A stretch of DNA of 64,000 nt from Thermodesulfobacteriota bacterium (lineage in GTDB: Bacteria > Desulfobacterota_D > UBA1144 > Nemesobacterales > N074bin48), in assembly GCA_041572575.1 (NCBI GenBank), contig JBFFSH010000001.1, positions 1-64,000 of the forward strand. Direction: 5' to 3'. Made by a program: the position numbers and the translations under genes. Shown in pieces: positions 1 to 9,048 of the stretch (its first letter is position 1; each line of letters opens with the position of its first letter). Under the pieces are notes generated by a model that was not told the DNA's origin, did not search any database, and saw only the letters and a program-made list of their open reading frames with translations.

Positions 1-99
1 GGCCGCTTTACATGCCGGCACTTCCAATACAAACATTTGTATTAGCTTGCTTATCTTACTATTTGATAGTTTTGTATTCTTAAGTAACTTCTTTTGCAT
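1..99 (-). CDS. IS1595-family transposase, N-terminal fragment (runs off window)
   Basis: Hand translation MQKKLLKNTKLSNSKISKLIQMFVLEVPACKAA resembles the IS1016-type N-terminal HTH pattern (..SRLS..KQ.KLIELFV..V.AR.AA); not in ORF track. Confidence 0.65.
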   Translation of the reverse strand, partial: MQKKLLKNTKLSNSKISKLIQMFVLEVPACKAA

Positions 100-139
100 A
101 GTTTCAGCTTAGTATACTTTGCTGTCCTATGCGAGCTCC
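1..139 (-). mobile_element. Left end of IS1595-family (IS1016-like) insertion sequence, truncated by window edge
   Basis: Minus-strand transposase-like N-terminus starting at 99; putative terminal IR GGAGCTCGCATAG starts at 139, resembling the GGGGCTG..TAG-type ends of IS1016-group elements. Confidence 0.6.
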
Positions 140-165
140 TTGTTATATATTTGGAGGTTATATAG

Positions 166-576
166 ATGTTAGTATGGAAAGACGACTACTGTAGAGGACT
201 CGAAAATATAGATAATCATCATAAAAGTATATTTAGACAGATCAATAAATTATCAGAGAAAGTTGAGAAGGGTGAGGGTCTTGCTACTATTGGCGTGTTT
301 ATAAAATCCATGAGTAGTTATGTGAAATTACATTTTTCTATAGAAGAAGCATGTATGAAAAAATATAAATGCCCTTTTGCAGATAAAAATAAAGAGGCTC
401 ACACTAAATTCCTGAATGCTTTCGATGGATTTCAGCAAAGATTAAAAACTGAGGGCCCATCTGAATCTCTAGTAATGGAAGTACATGATGTTGCAGAAAA
501 TTGGCTAACTAATCATATTATAAGAATCGATACGAATCTTAGAGATAGCGTCGAAAAGCAAGAGGGTATTCAGTAA
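166..576 (+). CDS. Bacteriohemerythrin (single domain)
   Basis: W..Y..G...ID.HH, HFSIEE, H..F and WL.NHI...D iron-ligand pattern; RBS GGAGG. Confidence 0.9.
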   Translation: MLVWKDDYCRGLENIDNHHKSIFRQINKLSEKVEKGEGLATIGVFIKSMSSYVKLHFSIEEACMKKYKCPFADKNKEAHTKFLNAFDGFQQRLKTEGPSESLVMEVHDVAENWLTNHIIRIDTNLRDSVEKQEGIQ

Positions 577-797
577 TTCTATTACCATATTTTAAAAAGC
601 TAAGCCAGGTAAGAGAAAGTTATGTGCCTAGAAGAGAAGTGAACTGAATCTAATAATAATATACACACTCAGTTTAAAGCTTATACTTCTCAACATATTT
701 TAAAGCAGTTAAAAGCATACCTTCAATATCCTGCAGTGCTAATTATCCATATCAAACAATTCCTGTTCAGGTATCTTATAGCTGGAGACTATAAATC

Positions 798-1283
798 ATG
801 TCGGATAATATTTTATTCTTTTTAACACTCTATTCAGCCATTGGCTGTGGGCTTATGGCAGGACTGTTTTTTATATTTTCAAACACTGTAATGAGTGCCC
901 TTGGCAGTATTAAACCTGCTCAGGGTATTGCCGCAATGCAGTCCATTAACAGAGTAATATTAAACCCTATATTTTTTATTGTGTTTATGGGAACGGCCAT
1001 AACTTGTTTGATAATTGCTGTTTCACTCATCTGGAAATCTGACCAGCCAGCAAATTTTTACCTACTTTCTGGAAACCTGTTTTATCTTCTTGGTTCTATG
1101 CTTGTAACAATTGTAAAGAATGTACCAATGAATAATGCTTTGGATAAGGTTGATCCAGAAAGTGATGAAGGTGCTAATCTTTGGACAGATTATCTTACTA
1201 ACTGGACAAGATGGAACCATGTACGGACGGTTGCTTGTTTATTGGCCTGTTTATTATTAATTATTGCTCTAACTAAAATGTGA
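798..1283 (+). CDS. DUF1772 / anthrone oxygenase family membrane protein
   Basis: GLMAGLFFIFS..VM.AL, AMQSIN, NVPMNNAL, W..WNHVRT motifs. Confidence 0.85.
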   Translation: MSDNILFFLTLYSAIGCGLMAGLFFIFSNTVMSALGSIKPAQGIAAMQSINRVILNPIFFIVFMGTAITCLIIAVSLIWKSDQPANFYLLSGNLFYLLGSMLVTIVKNVPMNNALDKVDPESDEGANLWTDYLTNWTRWNHVRTVACLLACLLLIIALTKM

Positions 1284-1284
1284 G

Positions 1285-2661
1285 TCAGGAAGACAATATT
1301 TCGGTAAGAGCCTTTAAAAATGCATCGTTTTCTTCTGTTGTACCAATAGTAACTCTCATACAGTTTTCAAGCCTTCCCGGGGAGTTGAAATTTCTTATAA
1401 GTATATCTTTTTCTATTAGGTCTTTGTAGATTCTGTCGGCGTTGTTGATTTTAAAAAGTATAAAATTTGCATCGGATGCATAAAGTTCTATGCCAGGGAT
1501 GATCTTCATTCGCTCAAACACCCTTCTTCTCTCAGCAATAATAGTAGAGATATTCGACCTCAATGCCTCATTATTTTCAAGCACCGTTTCTGCAACGGCC
1601 TGGCTTAGAGAATTAATATTATAAGGCAGGCGAATCTTGTTTATTGTTTTAGTTACTTCAGCCGAAGCATACAACATCCCAAGCCTCAGTGAAGCAAATC
1701 CGATTTTGGACATTGTTCTTAAAATTATAAGATTGGGATAGTCAGAGAGCTGATCTAGAAAAGTAACCCCTGAAAAATCACAGTATGCTTCATCCACAAC
1801 TACTACGCCGGTTGCTGATTCAATTATCTGGATAATCTTTTCTCTTGAAAAGCAGTTGCCCGTGGGATTATTTGGAGATGCTAGAAATATTACATCCGGA
1901 TCATCCTGCTCAATATGTTTTCTAAACAAATCCAAATCCAGATCAAAATTGCGATCAAGCTCAGCCCCTATAACCTCACAACCAAGTGTTACAGCAGAAA
2001 GCTTATACATAGAAAATGTAGGAACGGGAATTAAAACTTTGCCTGAGCCTCCGGCAAAAGCACGGATAATCATTTCAATCAATTCATCAGAGCCGTTGCC
2101 AAGAACTATTTGATCTGGCTGTACGCCGGACATATTACCAAGCTTTGCCCTAAGAACATCGGCGCCAGGGTCTGGGTATCTGTTAAGCAGAACTGTGCTT
2201 AGTTTATCCTGTACTTTTTCTCTAATATCAGACGGCAGATCAAATGGGCTTTCGTTTCCATCAAGCTTCACACTGCATTTATAGTGAGGAACAGAATACG
2301 CCTTTAGCTCTGCAATATCAGACCTAACCCTTGATGACAGATCGCCTCTCTTATTAGTTTCAGTCACTGATATCTCTCCTTTTTCCTGCATTTTCATTTC
2401 GCCCAGCTCATCTTCTATTTCATCCAGACAAGCATTACATATATGTACTTTATTGCCTTTAAAAACTTTATTGAAATCTGAGTGATGTTTGCCGCAAATT
2501 GAACAAACTCCGCCGCCTTCGTATGTCTCGCTTGTCTCAAATTCTATAAAAATCTCTTTTACAATTGATACGCAATCGATACAGATTGCATAGCTTCCCC
2601 TCGTTACAATTCGGTAATGTCCTTTAAATGACTCTTCACAAAATGAACATTTGATGTCCAA
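1285..2661 (-). CDS. hisC: Histidinol-phosphate aminotransferase with N-terminal tandem ClpX-type C4 zinc fingers
   Basis: LDGNESP, NRYPDP, GNGSDE, PNNPTG, DEAY, RTMSK(PLP Lys) motifs; follows hisD; N-terminal CSFC..CIDC and CSIC..CNAC; TTG start with GGAGA RBS. Confidence 0.9.
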   Translation of the reverse strand: MDIKCSFCEESFKGHYRIVTRGSYAICIDCVSIVKEIFIEFETSETYEGGGVCSICGKHHSDFNKVFKGNKVHICNACLDEIEDELGEMKMQEKGEISVTETNKRGDLSSRVRSDIAELKAYSVPHYKCSVKLDGNESPFDLPSDIREKVQDKLSTVLLNRYPDPGADVLRAKLGNMSGVQPDQIVLGNGSDELIEMIIRAFAGGSGKVLIPVPTFSMYKLSAVTLGCEVIGAELDRNFDLDLDLFRKHIEQDDPDVIFLASPNNPTGNCFSREKIIQIIESATGVVVVDEAYCDFSGVTFLDQLSDYPNLIILRTMSKIGFASLRLGMLYASAEVTKTINKIRLPYNINSLSQAVAETVLENNEALRSNISTIIAERRRVFERMKIIPGIELYASDANFILFKINNADRIYKDLIEKDILIRNFNSPGRLENCMRVTIGTTEENDAFLKALTEILSS

Positions 2662-2685
2662 ATTACTTCTCCAATCAATTAGAAA

Positions 2686-3975
2686 TTATTTTTCTAATCG
2701 TGTCTTAACCGAGAGCGCATGAGCCTCAAGGCCTTCACTGTATGCAAGGTTCATGACTGACTTGCTAAGTTTATTAAATCCATTTTTAGAAATTGATATC
2801 ACACTTGGCATTTTAACATAATCATACACGCTGAGCGGCGAAGAAAACCTTGCGGCCCCTCCTGTGGGAAGCACATGGCTTGGGCCTGCAACATAATCCC
2901 CAAAGGCCTCGGTTGAAGTAGCTCCAACAAATATCGCGCCAGCGTTTGTGATTTTCGAAAGAAGCTGTTTTGGTTTTTGTACGCAGAGTTCCAGGTGCTC
3001 AGGTGCAAAATTGTTTGAGACTTCAACTGCAAAATCGAGATTATTAACCACAAATATTCTGCCGTAATTTTTTACAGATTCTCCTGCAATATCTTTACGT
3101 GAAAGCCTGCTAAGCTGATCCAGAACCGATGCCTTAACTTCCCTGGCATATTTTGCAGAAGTGGTAACACAGCAAGGAACCGCCATCTCGTCATGCTCTG
3201 CCTGGGCAAGGAGGTCCGCCGCCACCCAATCAGGTGAGCAGCTTCCGTCAGCAATAATAAGAACTTCGCTCGGGCCGGCAATCATGTCTATGTCGACAAC
3301 GCCGAATACAAGTTTCTTTGCGATTGCCACAAAAATATTTCCGGGACCTACAATCTTATCCACTTTGGGAACAATGTCCGTACCATAGGCAAGTGCCGCC
3401 ACTGCCTGCGCGCCGCCGACTTTATAAATAGCATCAACGCCTGAAATTTTGGCCGCATAAAGAACCTCATCATTAAGATGCCCTTTCGGGCATGGTGTTA
3501 CGAGCACTATCTCCTTAACTCCGGCCACCCTCGCGGCTATTGCAGTCATGAGCAATGTGGAAGGATATGCCGCTTTTCCACCCGGCACATAAATCCCCAC
3601 GCGCTCTATGGCCGTTATGAGCCAGCCAAGCTCATTTCCAAGACTGTCTTTATATATGTATTTTTCAGGTTTTTTGGTGTTGTGATATGACTTTACTCTT
3701 GCAGCAGCTTTTCTCAGATCGGATTTAATCCTATTAGACAAACGCTTTTCAGCATCAGTTATCTCTTTTTTAGAAACCTTAATATTCTTTGCATTAAGCG
3801 AAAACTTATCAAACTTTTTTGTGTATTTAAAAAGAGCCTTATCCCCGTTTGTTCTTACGTCTTCGACAATTTTACGAACCGATTCCTCAAGCTTCGGATC
3901 ATTATGCGAATTATCCGCCCTTAGCTTCGATATTTTGTCTTTATAATTTTTTGTGTTTAGTTTTTGAATTAACAT
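2686..3975 (-). CDS. hisD: Histidinol dehydrogenase
   Basis: [48 protein letters not shown]. Confidence 0.97.
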   Translation of the reverse strand: MLIQKLNTKNYKDKISKLRADNSHNDPKLEESVRKIVEDVRTNGDKALFKYTKKFDKFSLNAKNIKVSKKEITDAEKRLSNRIKSDLRKAAARVKSYHNTKKPEKYIYKDSLGNELGWLITAIERVGIYVPGGKAAYPSTLLMTAIAARVAGVKEIVLVTPCPKGHLNDEVLYAAKISGVDAIYKVGGAQAVAALAYGTDIVPKVDKIVGPGNIFVAIAKKLVFGVVDIDMIAGPSEVLIIADGSCSPDWVAADLLAQAEHDEMAVPCCVTTSAKYAREVKASVLDQLSRLSRKDIAGESVKNYGRIFVVNNLDFAVEVSNNFAPEHLELCVQKPKQLLSKITNAGAIFVGATSTEAFGDYVAGPSHVLPTGGAARFSSPLSVYDYVKMPSVISISKNGFNKLSKSVMNLAYSEGLEAHALSVKTRLEK

Positions 3976-4062
3976 ATCTGTTAAGAATTACACAAAAAAT
4001 TAGAGATGTTAAATAAAGATTATATATTTAGAGACTTAATCTTAGTCTCTATAAATAATTCT

Positions 4063-4926
4063 TTAAGTCTTTTCTTGTTTTAGACGATTCTGAATAAACT
4101 CAGCGGATCGCTGTCCGAAATCATAGCTAGCTTTAGTAACAGCTTTTATAAATGCATCGCTAAAAACTTTATTAGCATTTTTTGCCTTCTCTTTTTTGTA
4201 GAAATCAATCAAAATTCTTAGTTCATCATCATTCAGATCATGATATATAAAATCCAATGAACCTATAATTAAAGGTTCTATAGCAGCTTGAAGAAATAGT
4301 CTCGTACCTTCTATTTTTTTCTGTATGTCAGAAATTTCTTGATGATTATCCGAAGACATAGAATAAATCATGGCCACAGCAGTAGCTAATTGTATATTCA
4401 TCAACATCTCCACATTCAAATCCAGTGTATTCAAATGACTTTCAAGCTCTTCTAATAACTTAACCCTTGGCTCTGGAATCGGATTAGATTGTAAATTTTT
4501 AATATACTTGGTAAATTCTTTAACATTCTCAGCTCTTGATGCCCTAACCTCAAGTTTAGAAGCTTTTTTACCAACCGGGGTTTCAAGCCAATGCAATAAA
4601 AAACCTATATCCTCAACATTAATATTTTTATTTAAGTGAGATTTAGCTTCAGCATCTAATGTTGACACATCAAAAGCCTTAAACAAAAGTCTATCAATAT
4701 TTTCATAATAATCTTTCAGCATACCCTGAGGTTTATCTATAGATGCTAATTCCTCATTAAGACTAAGATTAAACACTTCGGGTAGATTGTGTAACTGTTC
4801 TTTAAACCCTGATTTTGTATATAGTTCATCGACTAGCTTATCTTTTTTCTCATCTGCTCTTAAAACAGAACTGAAACCAAATGTTATAGTAAATACAACT
4901 AAAAACATAATATATTTTTTAGTCAT
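4063..4926 (-). CDS. Exported protein, DUF2059-like
   Basis: Signal peptide after ATG at 4926 (GGGGG RBS); C-terminal Y..L.DDEL..L.DFY pattern. Confidence 0.5.
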   Translation of the reverse strand: MTKKYIMFLVVFTITFGFSSVLRADEKKDKLVDELYTKSGFKEQLHNLPEVFNLSLNEELASIDKPQGMLKDYYENIDRLLFKAFDVSTLDAEAKSHLNKNINVEDIGFLLHWLETPVGKKASKLEVRASRAENVKEFTKYIKNLQSNPIPEPRVKLLEELESHLNTLDLNVEMLMNIQLATAVAMIYSMSSDNHQEISDIQKKIEGTRLFLQAAIEPLIIGSLDFIYHDLNDDELRILIDFYKKEKAKNANKVFSDAFIKAVTKASYDFGQRSAEFIQNRLKQEKT

Positions 4927-5019
4927 CTTGCCCCCATTTATAAGGATCAATATTATTTATACTATTATCCACCTTTTATATAAATTAGACAACTTATTTA
5001 GTTGGTTATCAAAAACTTC

Positions 5020-5063
5020 TTGACATCAAATCCAATTTCCTGTATTTTCTGTACATACAGAAA
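5020..5063 (+). promoter_or_regulatory. Sigma70 promoter with overlapping palindromic operator
   Basis: TTGACA-17nt-TATTTT; palindrome TTTCTGTA-CA-TACAGAAA at 5046-5063. Confidence 0.65.
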
Positions 5064-5084
5064 TATGAGAACAAATAAGTAAAT

Positions 5085-5624
5085 ATGGAAATAAAATCTA
5101 TGACTCCGGTAATGAAAAAATTTATACTGCATTGGGGTGAGCTTGGAACCCGGTGGGGAATTAACAGGACAGTGGCGCAGATACATGCACTGTTATACTT
5201 ATCTCCCAAAGCGCTTAATGCAGAGGAAATTGCCGAGACTCTTTCTATTGCCAGATCAAACGTGAGCACAAGCCTTAAGGAGCTTCAGAGCTGGGGAGTT
5301 GTGCGAGTAATACATGAATTTGGAGACAGAAAGGATTACTTTGAATCGGAAAAAGACGTTTGGGAGATGGCAAGAAGAGTACTTGATGAAAGAAAGAAGC
5401 GTGAGATAGACCCTACCCTTACAATTTTAAGAGAGTGTGTAATGGACTCAGGAAATAAAACACAAGGTGACGAATATGCTAATCAGAAACTAACTGAGAT
5501 GCTGGATTACTTTGAGCAGATTACGGCATGGTATGATCAGATGAGCACCATGTCTACAGATAACGTAAAAAGACTTATAAAACTTGGAAGCGGAGTAAAG
5601 AAGGTGCTTGGAAAAGTAACATAG
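5085..5624 (+). CDS. GbsR/MarR-family transcriptional regulator
   Basis: FILHWGELGTRWGINRTVAQIHALL, ARSNVSTSLKELQSWG, GDRKDYF. Confidence 0.9.
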   Translation: MEIKSMTPVMKKFILHWGELGTRWGINRTVAQIHALLYLSPKALNAEEIAETLSIARSNVSTSLKELQSWGVVRVIHEFGDRKDYFESEKDVWEMARRVLDERKKREIDPTLTILRECVMDSGNKTQGDEYANQKLTEMLDYFEQITAWYDQMSTMSTDNVKRLIKLGSGVKKVLGKVT

Positions 5625-5654
5625 AATAAATTCAAATATATTTTTTAACTTGTA

Positions 5655-5674
5655 ATTTCGGTGATTACAGAAAT
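5655..5674. promoter_or_regulatory. Second copy of GbsR-type operator
   Basis: ATTTCGGT-GATT-ACAGAAAT imperfect palindrome matching the 5046-5063 site. Confidence 0.55.
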
Positions 5675-6566
5675 GACTGAATATAACAAAATAAACAATC
5701 TATATAAATTCCTGCCAGCATCTGTTTTTGTAACTTTAGGGCTTATTACAAAACCCTACGTAAACGAATGGCAGTTTATGTGGATCTTTGCCTTTGCAAT
5801 ATTTTTTTCATGCAAATGGATCACTCTCATTGATGCTCTGAACGTGATTCCAAATGCAAGTAGGCTAAGAGCAGTCTTATACCTTTTTTTCTGGGTTGGA
5901 ATGGACGCCAGGAGTTTTCTCTCAGGAACCAAAATACCTTTTATTAGTCATAAAATATGGCTTGAAGCATTAATTAAACTACTAACCGGCCTGTTTTTGG
6001 TTTATGTAGTTGCAGAGCAGGTTTATCCTTATAGTCATTTCCTGGGCGGCTGGACAGGGCTTGCTGGTCTTGGGCTTATTATTCATTTCGGATCGTTTCA
6101 CCTGCTTGCACTCATCTGGAATAAACTTGGCGTAAATGTAAAACCAATTATAAATTACCCGTTCTGCTCTGTTTCACTTACAGATTTTTGGAGCAATAGG
6201 TGGAACCTTGCATACAGAGACTTATCCAGAACCTACATATTAAGGCCGCTTTCACCAGTAATCGGAGTTAGGTATGCAGCAATACTTGTATTCATAGTCT
6301 CAGGCCTCGTACACGAGTTAGTAATCTCATTTCCTGCAAACGGAGGCTATGGCCTGCCGACACTGTATTTCATTATTCAGACTGTGGGTGTGCTCATAGA
6401 AAAATCAGCTCTGGGAAAGATTTTAGGTTTAGAGAATAAATGGAGAGGCCGCATATACACACTCATTTTTGTTTTCGGCCCCATAAATCTTTTGTTCCAT
6501 AACGTTTTCATTCAAAGAGTAATTATTCCGTTTTTATATCAAATAAATTCTATAGGGGGTGTTTAG
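5673..6566 (+). CDS. MBOAT-family (wax synthase-like) membrane-bound O-acyltransferase
   Basis: Polytopic membrane protein with SLTDFWSNRWN and F.VSGLVHE (catalytic His). Confidence 0.8.
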   Translation: MTEYNKINNLYKFLPASVFVTLGLITKPYVNEWQFMWIFAFAIFFSCKWITLIDALNVIPNASRLRAVLYLFFWVGMDARSFLSGTKIPFISHKIWLEALIKLLTGLFLVYVVAEQVYPYSHFLGGWTGLAGLGLIIHFGSFHLLALIWNKLGVNVKPIINYPFCSVSLTDFWSNRWNLAYRDLSRTYILRPLSPVIGVRYAAILVFIVSGLVHELVISFPANGGYGLPTLYFIIQTVGVLIEKSALGKILGLENKWRGRIYTLIFVFGPINLLFHNVFIQRVIIPFLYQINSIGGV

Positions 6567-6567
6567 T

Positions 6568-6975
6568 ATGTTTACTCTAAACAATCTGGTCTTAGCAGCA
6601 GGTTTAATTCAGCTATTAATATTGGTCACAGCCTCGCTAGTGCCAAAGGTAACAGATTGGAAAAGGAATCTTGAGGGCAGTGATCCGTTTTTCAAGAGCC
6701 TTGTCTGGACATACGGGTTTTTTATCTTTCTCATTGTCGCAAGCATAGCGTTGTTTTCTCTTTTTAAAACAGACCTTCTCACCGACGGGAACGCAACAGG
6801 AAAATATGTCTGCGGTTTTATTTCCGTATTCTGGGGTGCGCGTCTTTTCATACAGTTCTTCATTTTTAAGACTCCGGAGTTTCTTAAAACCGGTGCTATG
6901 AAGTTTGGATACAACGCACTAACCCTGGCGTTTATGTATCTGACAATAACATACGGGCTTGTGGCATTTACATAA
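6568..6975 (+). CDS. Hypothetical 4-TM membrane protein
   Basis: Four hydrophobic segments; GGGGG RBS; tightly coupled within operon. Confidence 0.7.
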   Translation: MFTLNNLVLAAGLIQLLILVTASLVPKVTDWKRNLEGSDPFFKSLVWTYGFFIFLIVASIALFSLFKTDLLTDGNATGKYVCGFISVFWGARLFIQFFIFKTPEFLKTGAMKFGYNALTLAFMYLTITYGLVAFT

Positions 6976-6991
6976 ATTTGAGGAAAGAAAA

Positions 6992-7945
6992 ATGAAAATC
7001 ATAATCCCCGGAGGCTCTGGTCAGGTGGGTACTCTGCTTGCAAGAGCGTTTATAAAAGACGGACACGATGTCACCATACTTAGTCGTAATCCTGAACTTT
7101 GTGAATGGCGCACAGTTAGATGGGATGGGAAAACTCTGGGCAAATTGGCTGAAGAGCTAGAAGATGCCGATGTTGTAATTAACATGGCCGGCAGAAGCGT
7201 AAACTGTAGATATAACAAGGAAAATCGTGACCTGATAATGAATTCCCGTGTTGATTCCACCCGTGTAATCGGCAAGGCAATTGCCAACTGTAAGAATCCA
7301 CCCAGGGTATGGCTACAGGCAAGCACTGCAACCATTTATGAAGACAGTTATGATAGACCGAATGATGAGTTCACAGGTGTGATTGGAGGAAATGAACCAC
7401 ACACTCCTGATACATGGAAGTTTAGTATAGATGTTGCAACCGCATGGGAGAAAATCCTCGATGAGGCAGATACACCCAACACACGCAAAGTAAAACTACG
7501 ATCTGCTATTATACTTAGCCCCGACAGAGGAGGAATTTTCGATACCATACTCCAACTGGTGAGGTTTGGTCTTGGAGGCAAAGTAGCAAGCGGCAGGCAA
7601 ATGATGTCATGGGTTCATTATAAAGATTTCATAAACGCCATCTACTGGATAATTGAGAATGAAGATATATCGGATATGATTAATATCTGCTCTCCAAATC
7701 CACTGCCGAATAGTGAATTCATGAAAGAGCTTAGAAAAGCCTGGGGTATCAGAATTGGTCTTCCTGCATCAAAACTTATGATAGAAATAGGTACTTTCTT
7801 TTTAAGAACTGAATCAGAGCTTGTGCTTAAAAGCAGATATGTTGTGCCAAAGATTCTTCAGGATAGAGGGTTCGAATTTCAATATCAGAAGTGGAATGAA
7901 GCAGCTGAGAATTTGTGTATGGAATGGAAAAATCAAAATTGCTAG
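6992..7945 (+). CDS. TIGR01777-family NAD-dependent epimerase/oxidoreductase
   Basis: GGSGQVG Rossmann motif, VINMAG, SRVDST, GLGG...SG.Q.MSWVH, C-terminal VVP..L...GF.F.Y. Confidence 0.9.
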   Translation: MKIIIPGGSGQVGTLLARAFIKDGHDVTILSRNPELCEWRTVRWDGKTLGKLAEELEDADVVINMAGRSVNCRYNKENRDLIMNSRVDSTRVIGKAIANCKNPPRVWLQASTATIYEDSYDRPNDEFTGVIGGNEPHTPDTWKFSIDVATAWEKILDEADTPNTRKVKLRSAIILSPDRGGIFDTILQLVRFGLGGKVASGRQMMSWVHYKDFINAIYWIIENEDISDMINICSPNPLPNSEFMKELRKAWGIRIGLPASKLMIEIGTFFLRTESELVLKSRYVVPKILQDRGFEFQYQKWNEAAENLCMEWKNQNC

Positions 7946-8226
7946 ATGCCTTCACCAAAACCAGATTCAATGAGTTCTTCAATAGTTTGCATAGCAGCCT
8001 CTGCATCCTCACCTTCTGTTAAAATGGTGATATGTGTGCCTTTAGAAGCTGCAAATGAGAGTATGCCGAGTATACTCTTTGCATCTGCCTCTATCCCGTC
8101 TTTTATGATTTTAATATCTGATTCGAACTGACTTGTGGTCTTTACAAGAGTAGCAGCAGCGCGCGCATGCAGGCCCAATTTATTCTTAATAGTAAAAGTT
8201 TTTGAAAGCTGAATATTCTTTTGCAA
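7942..8226 (-). CDS. ptsH: HPr phosphocarrier protein
   Basis: NKLGLHARAA (His15) and DAKSILGIL (Ser46). Confidence 0.92.
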   Translation of the reverse strand: MQKNIQLSKTFTIKNKLGLHARAAATLVKTTSQFESDIKIIKDGIEADAKSILGILSFAASKGTHITILTEGEDAEAAMQTIEELIESGFGEGI

Positions 8227-8262
8227 TTATCTAATTCTTACCAACAGCAGATTTATTATTTT

Positions 8263-9048
8263 CTATGAGTCAATTTCGAAAAGACTTTGCCTGATATTCT
8301 GATTTATCTCAACATCCGGATCATATTTTATGTAGATTGAATAATCAGTCATATTGAGCTCAATCTCCTTTGGAAAATAACCTTCTTCCAGAGGAATAAA
8401 ATCATCATATTGTACAACAACCTTTTGATTATCCTCGAGCATGAATGAAGCCTTGGTTATCCTTAAAGAACGAAAATCAACCCAGAGCATATCATCTGAG
8501 CTTGTAGAATTAAGGATTAATTCGTTATCCTGCCCGTTTACCTCAACATCATATTCACCTTCAAAGAGATCGACAGGAAGCCTTCCCAGTGCAAAATTAG
8601 AAAGGTGATATATATTTATAGGAACAGGAATATTGGGATAAAATACTGAAAAATTAAATGCTTCAATCTGATTGTATAATACATCATCCTTTGGAAATCG
8701 GAGTAACACTTTATTGCCATCTGAGATTACAGCAAGCTCTGTTCTTCCCAAAGGTGCCAAAGCTTCAAGCCGTAATTTATCAGGAGCCTGTACAATAGTA
8801 ACCTGCTTAAAAGATACTTTATCCCTCGGCGATTTCAGTCTTGCAAGCGCTAGCCCCCTAACAGAATATATTTTCTCTTCCTGTTCTTTTAGAAGTGATA
8901 AGATTTCAGAAATGTCCAGCTTTGCAAATTCATTTATACCGGTATCTATTATTACAGGACCCGGCTTGGCGCAGGAAAAAATAGAAATGATAAATACTAG
9001 AATAAACAGATAAGAAATTCTATATTGCTTTATTGGCTTTGAGTTCAT
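8263..9048 (-). CDS. Lipoprotein, LolB-like/DUF4292 outer-membrane protein
   Basis: Lipobox IFSC; PDKLRLEAL.PLG pattern; directly downstream of TPR lipoprotein. Confidence 0.55.
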   Translation of the reverse strand: MNSKPIKQYRISYLFILVFIISIFSCAKPGPVIIDTGINEFAKLDISEILSLLKEQEEKIYSVRGLALARLKSPRDKVSFKQVTIVQAPDKLRLEALAPLGRTELAVISDGNKVLLRFPKDDVLYNQIEAFNFSVFYPNIPVPINIYHLSNFALGRLPVDLFEGEYDVEVNGQDNELILNSTSSDDMLWVDFRSLRITKASFMLEDNQKVVVQYDDFIPLEEGYFPKEIELNMTDYSIYIKYDPDVEINQNIRQSLFEIDS

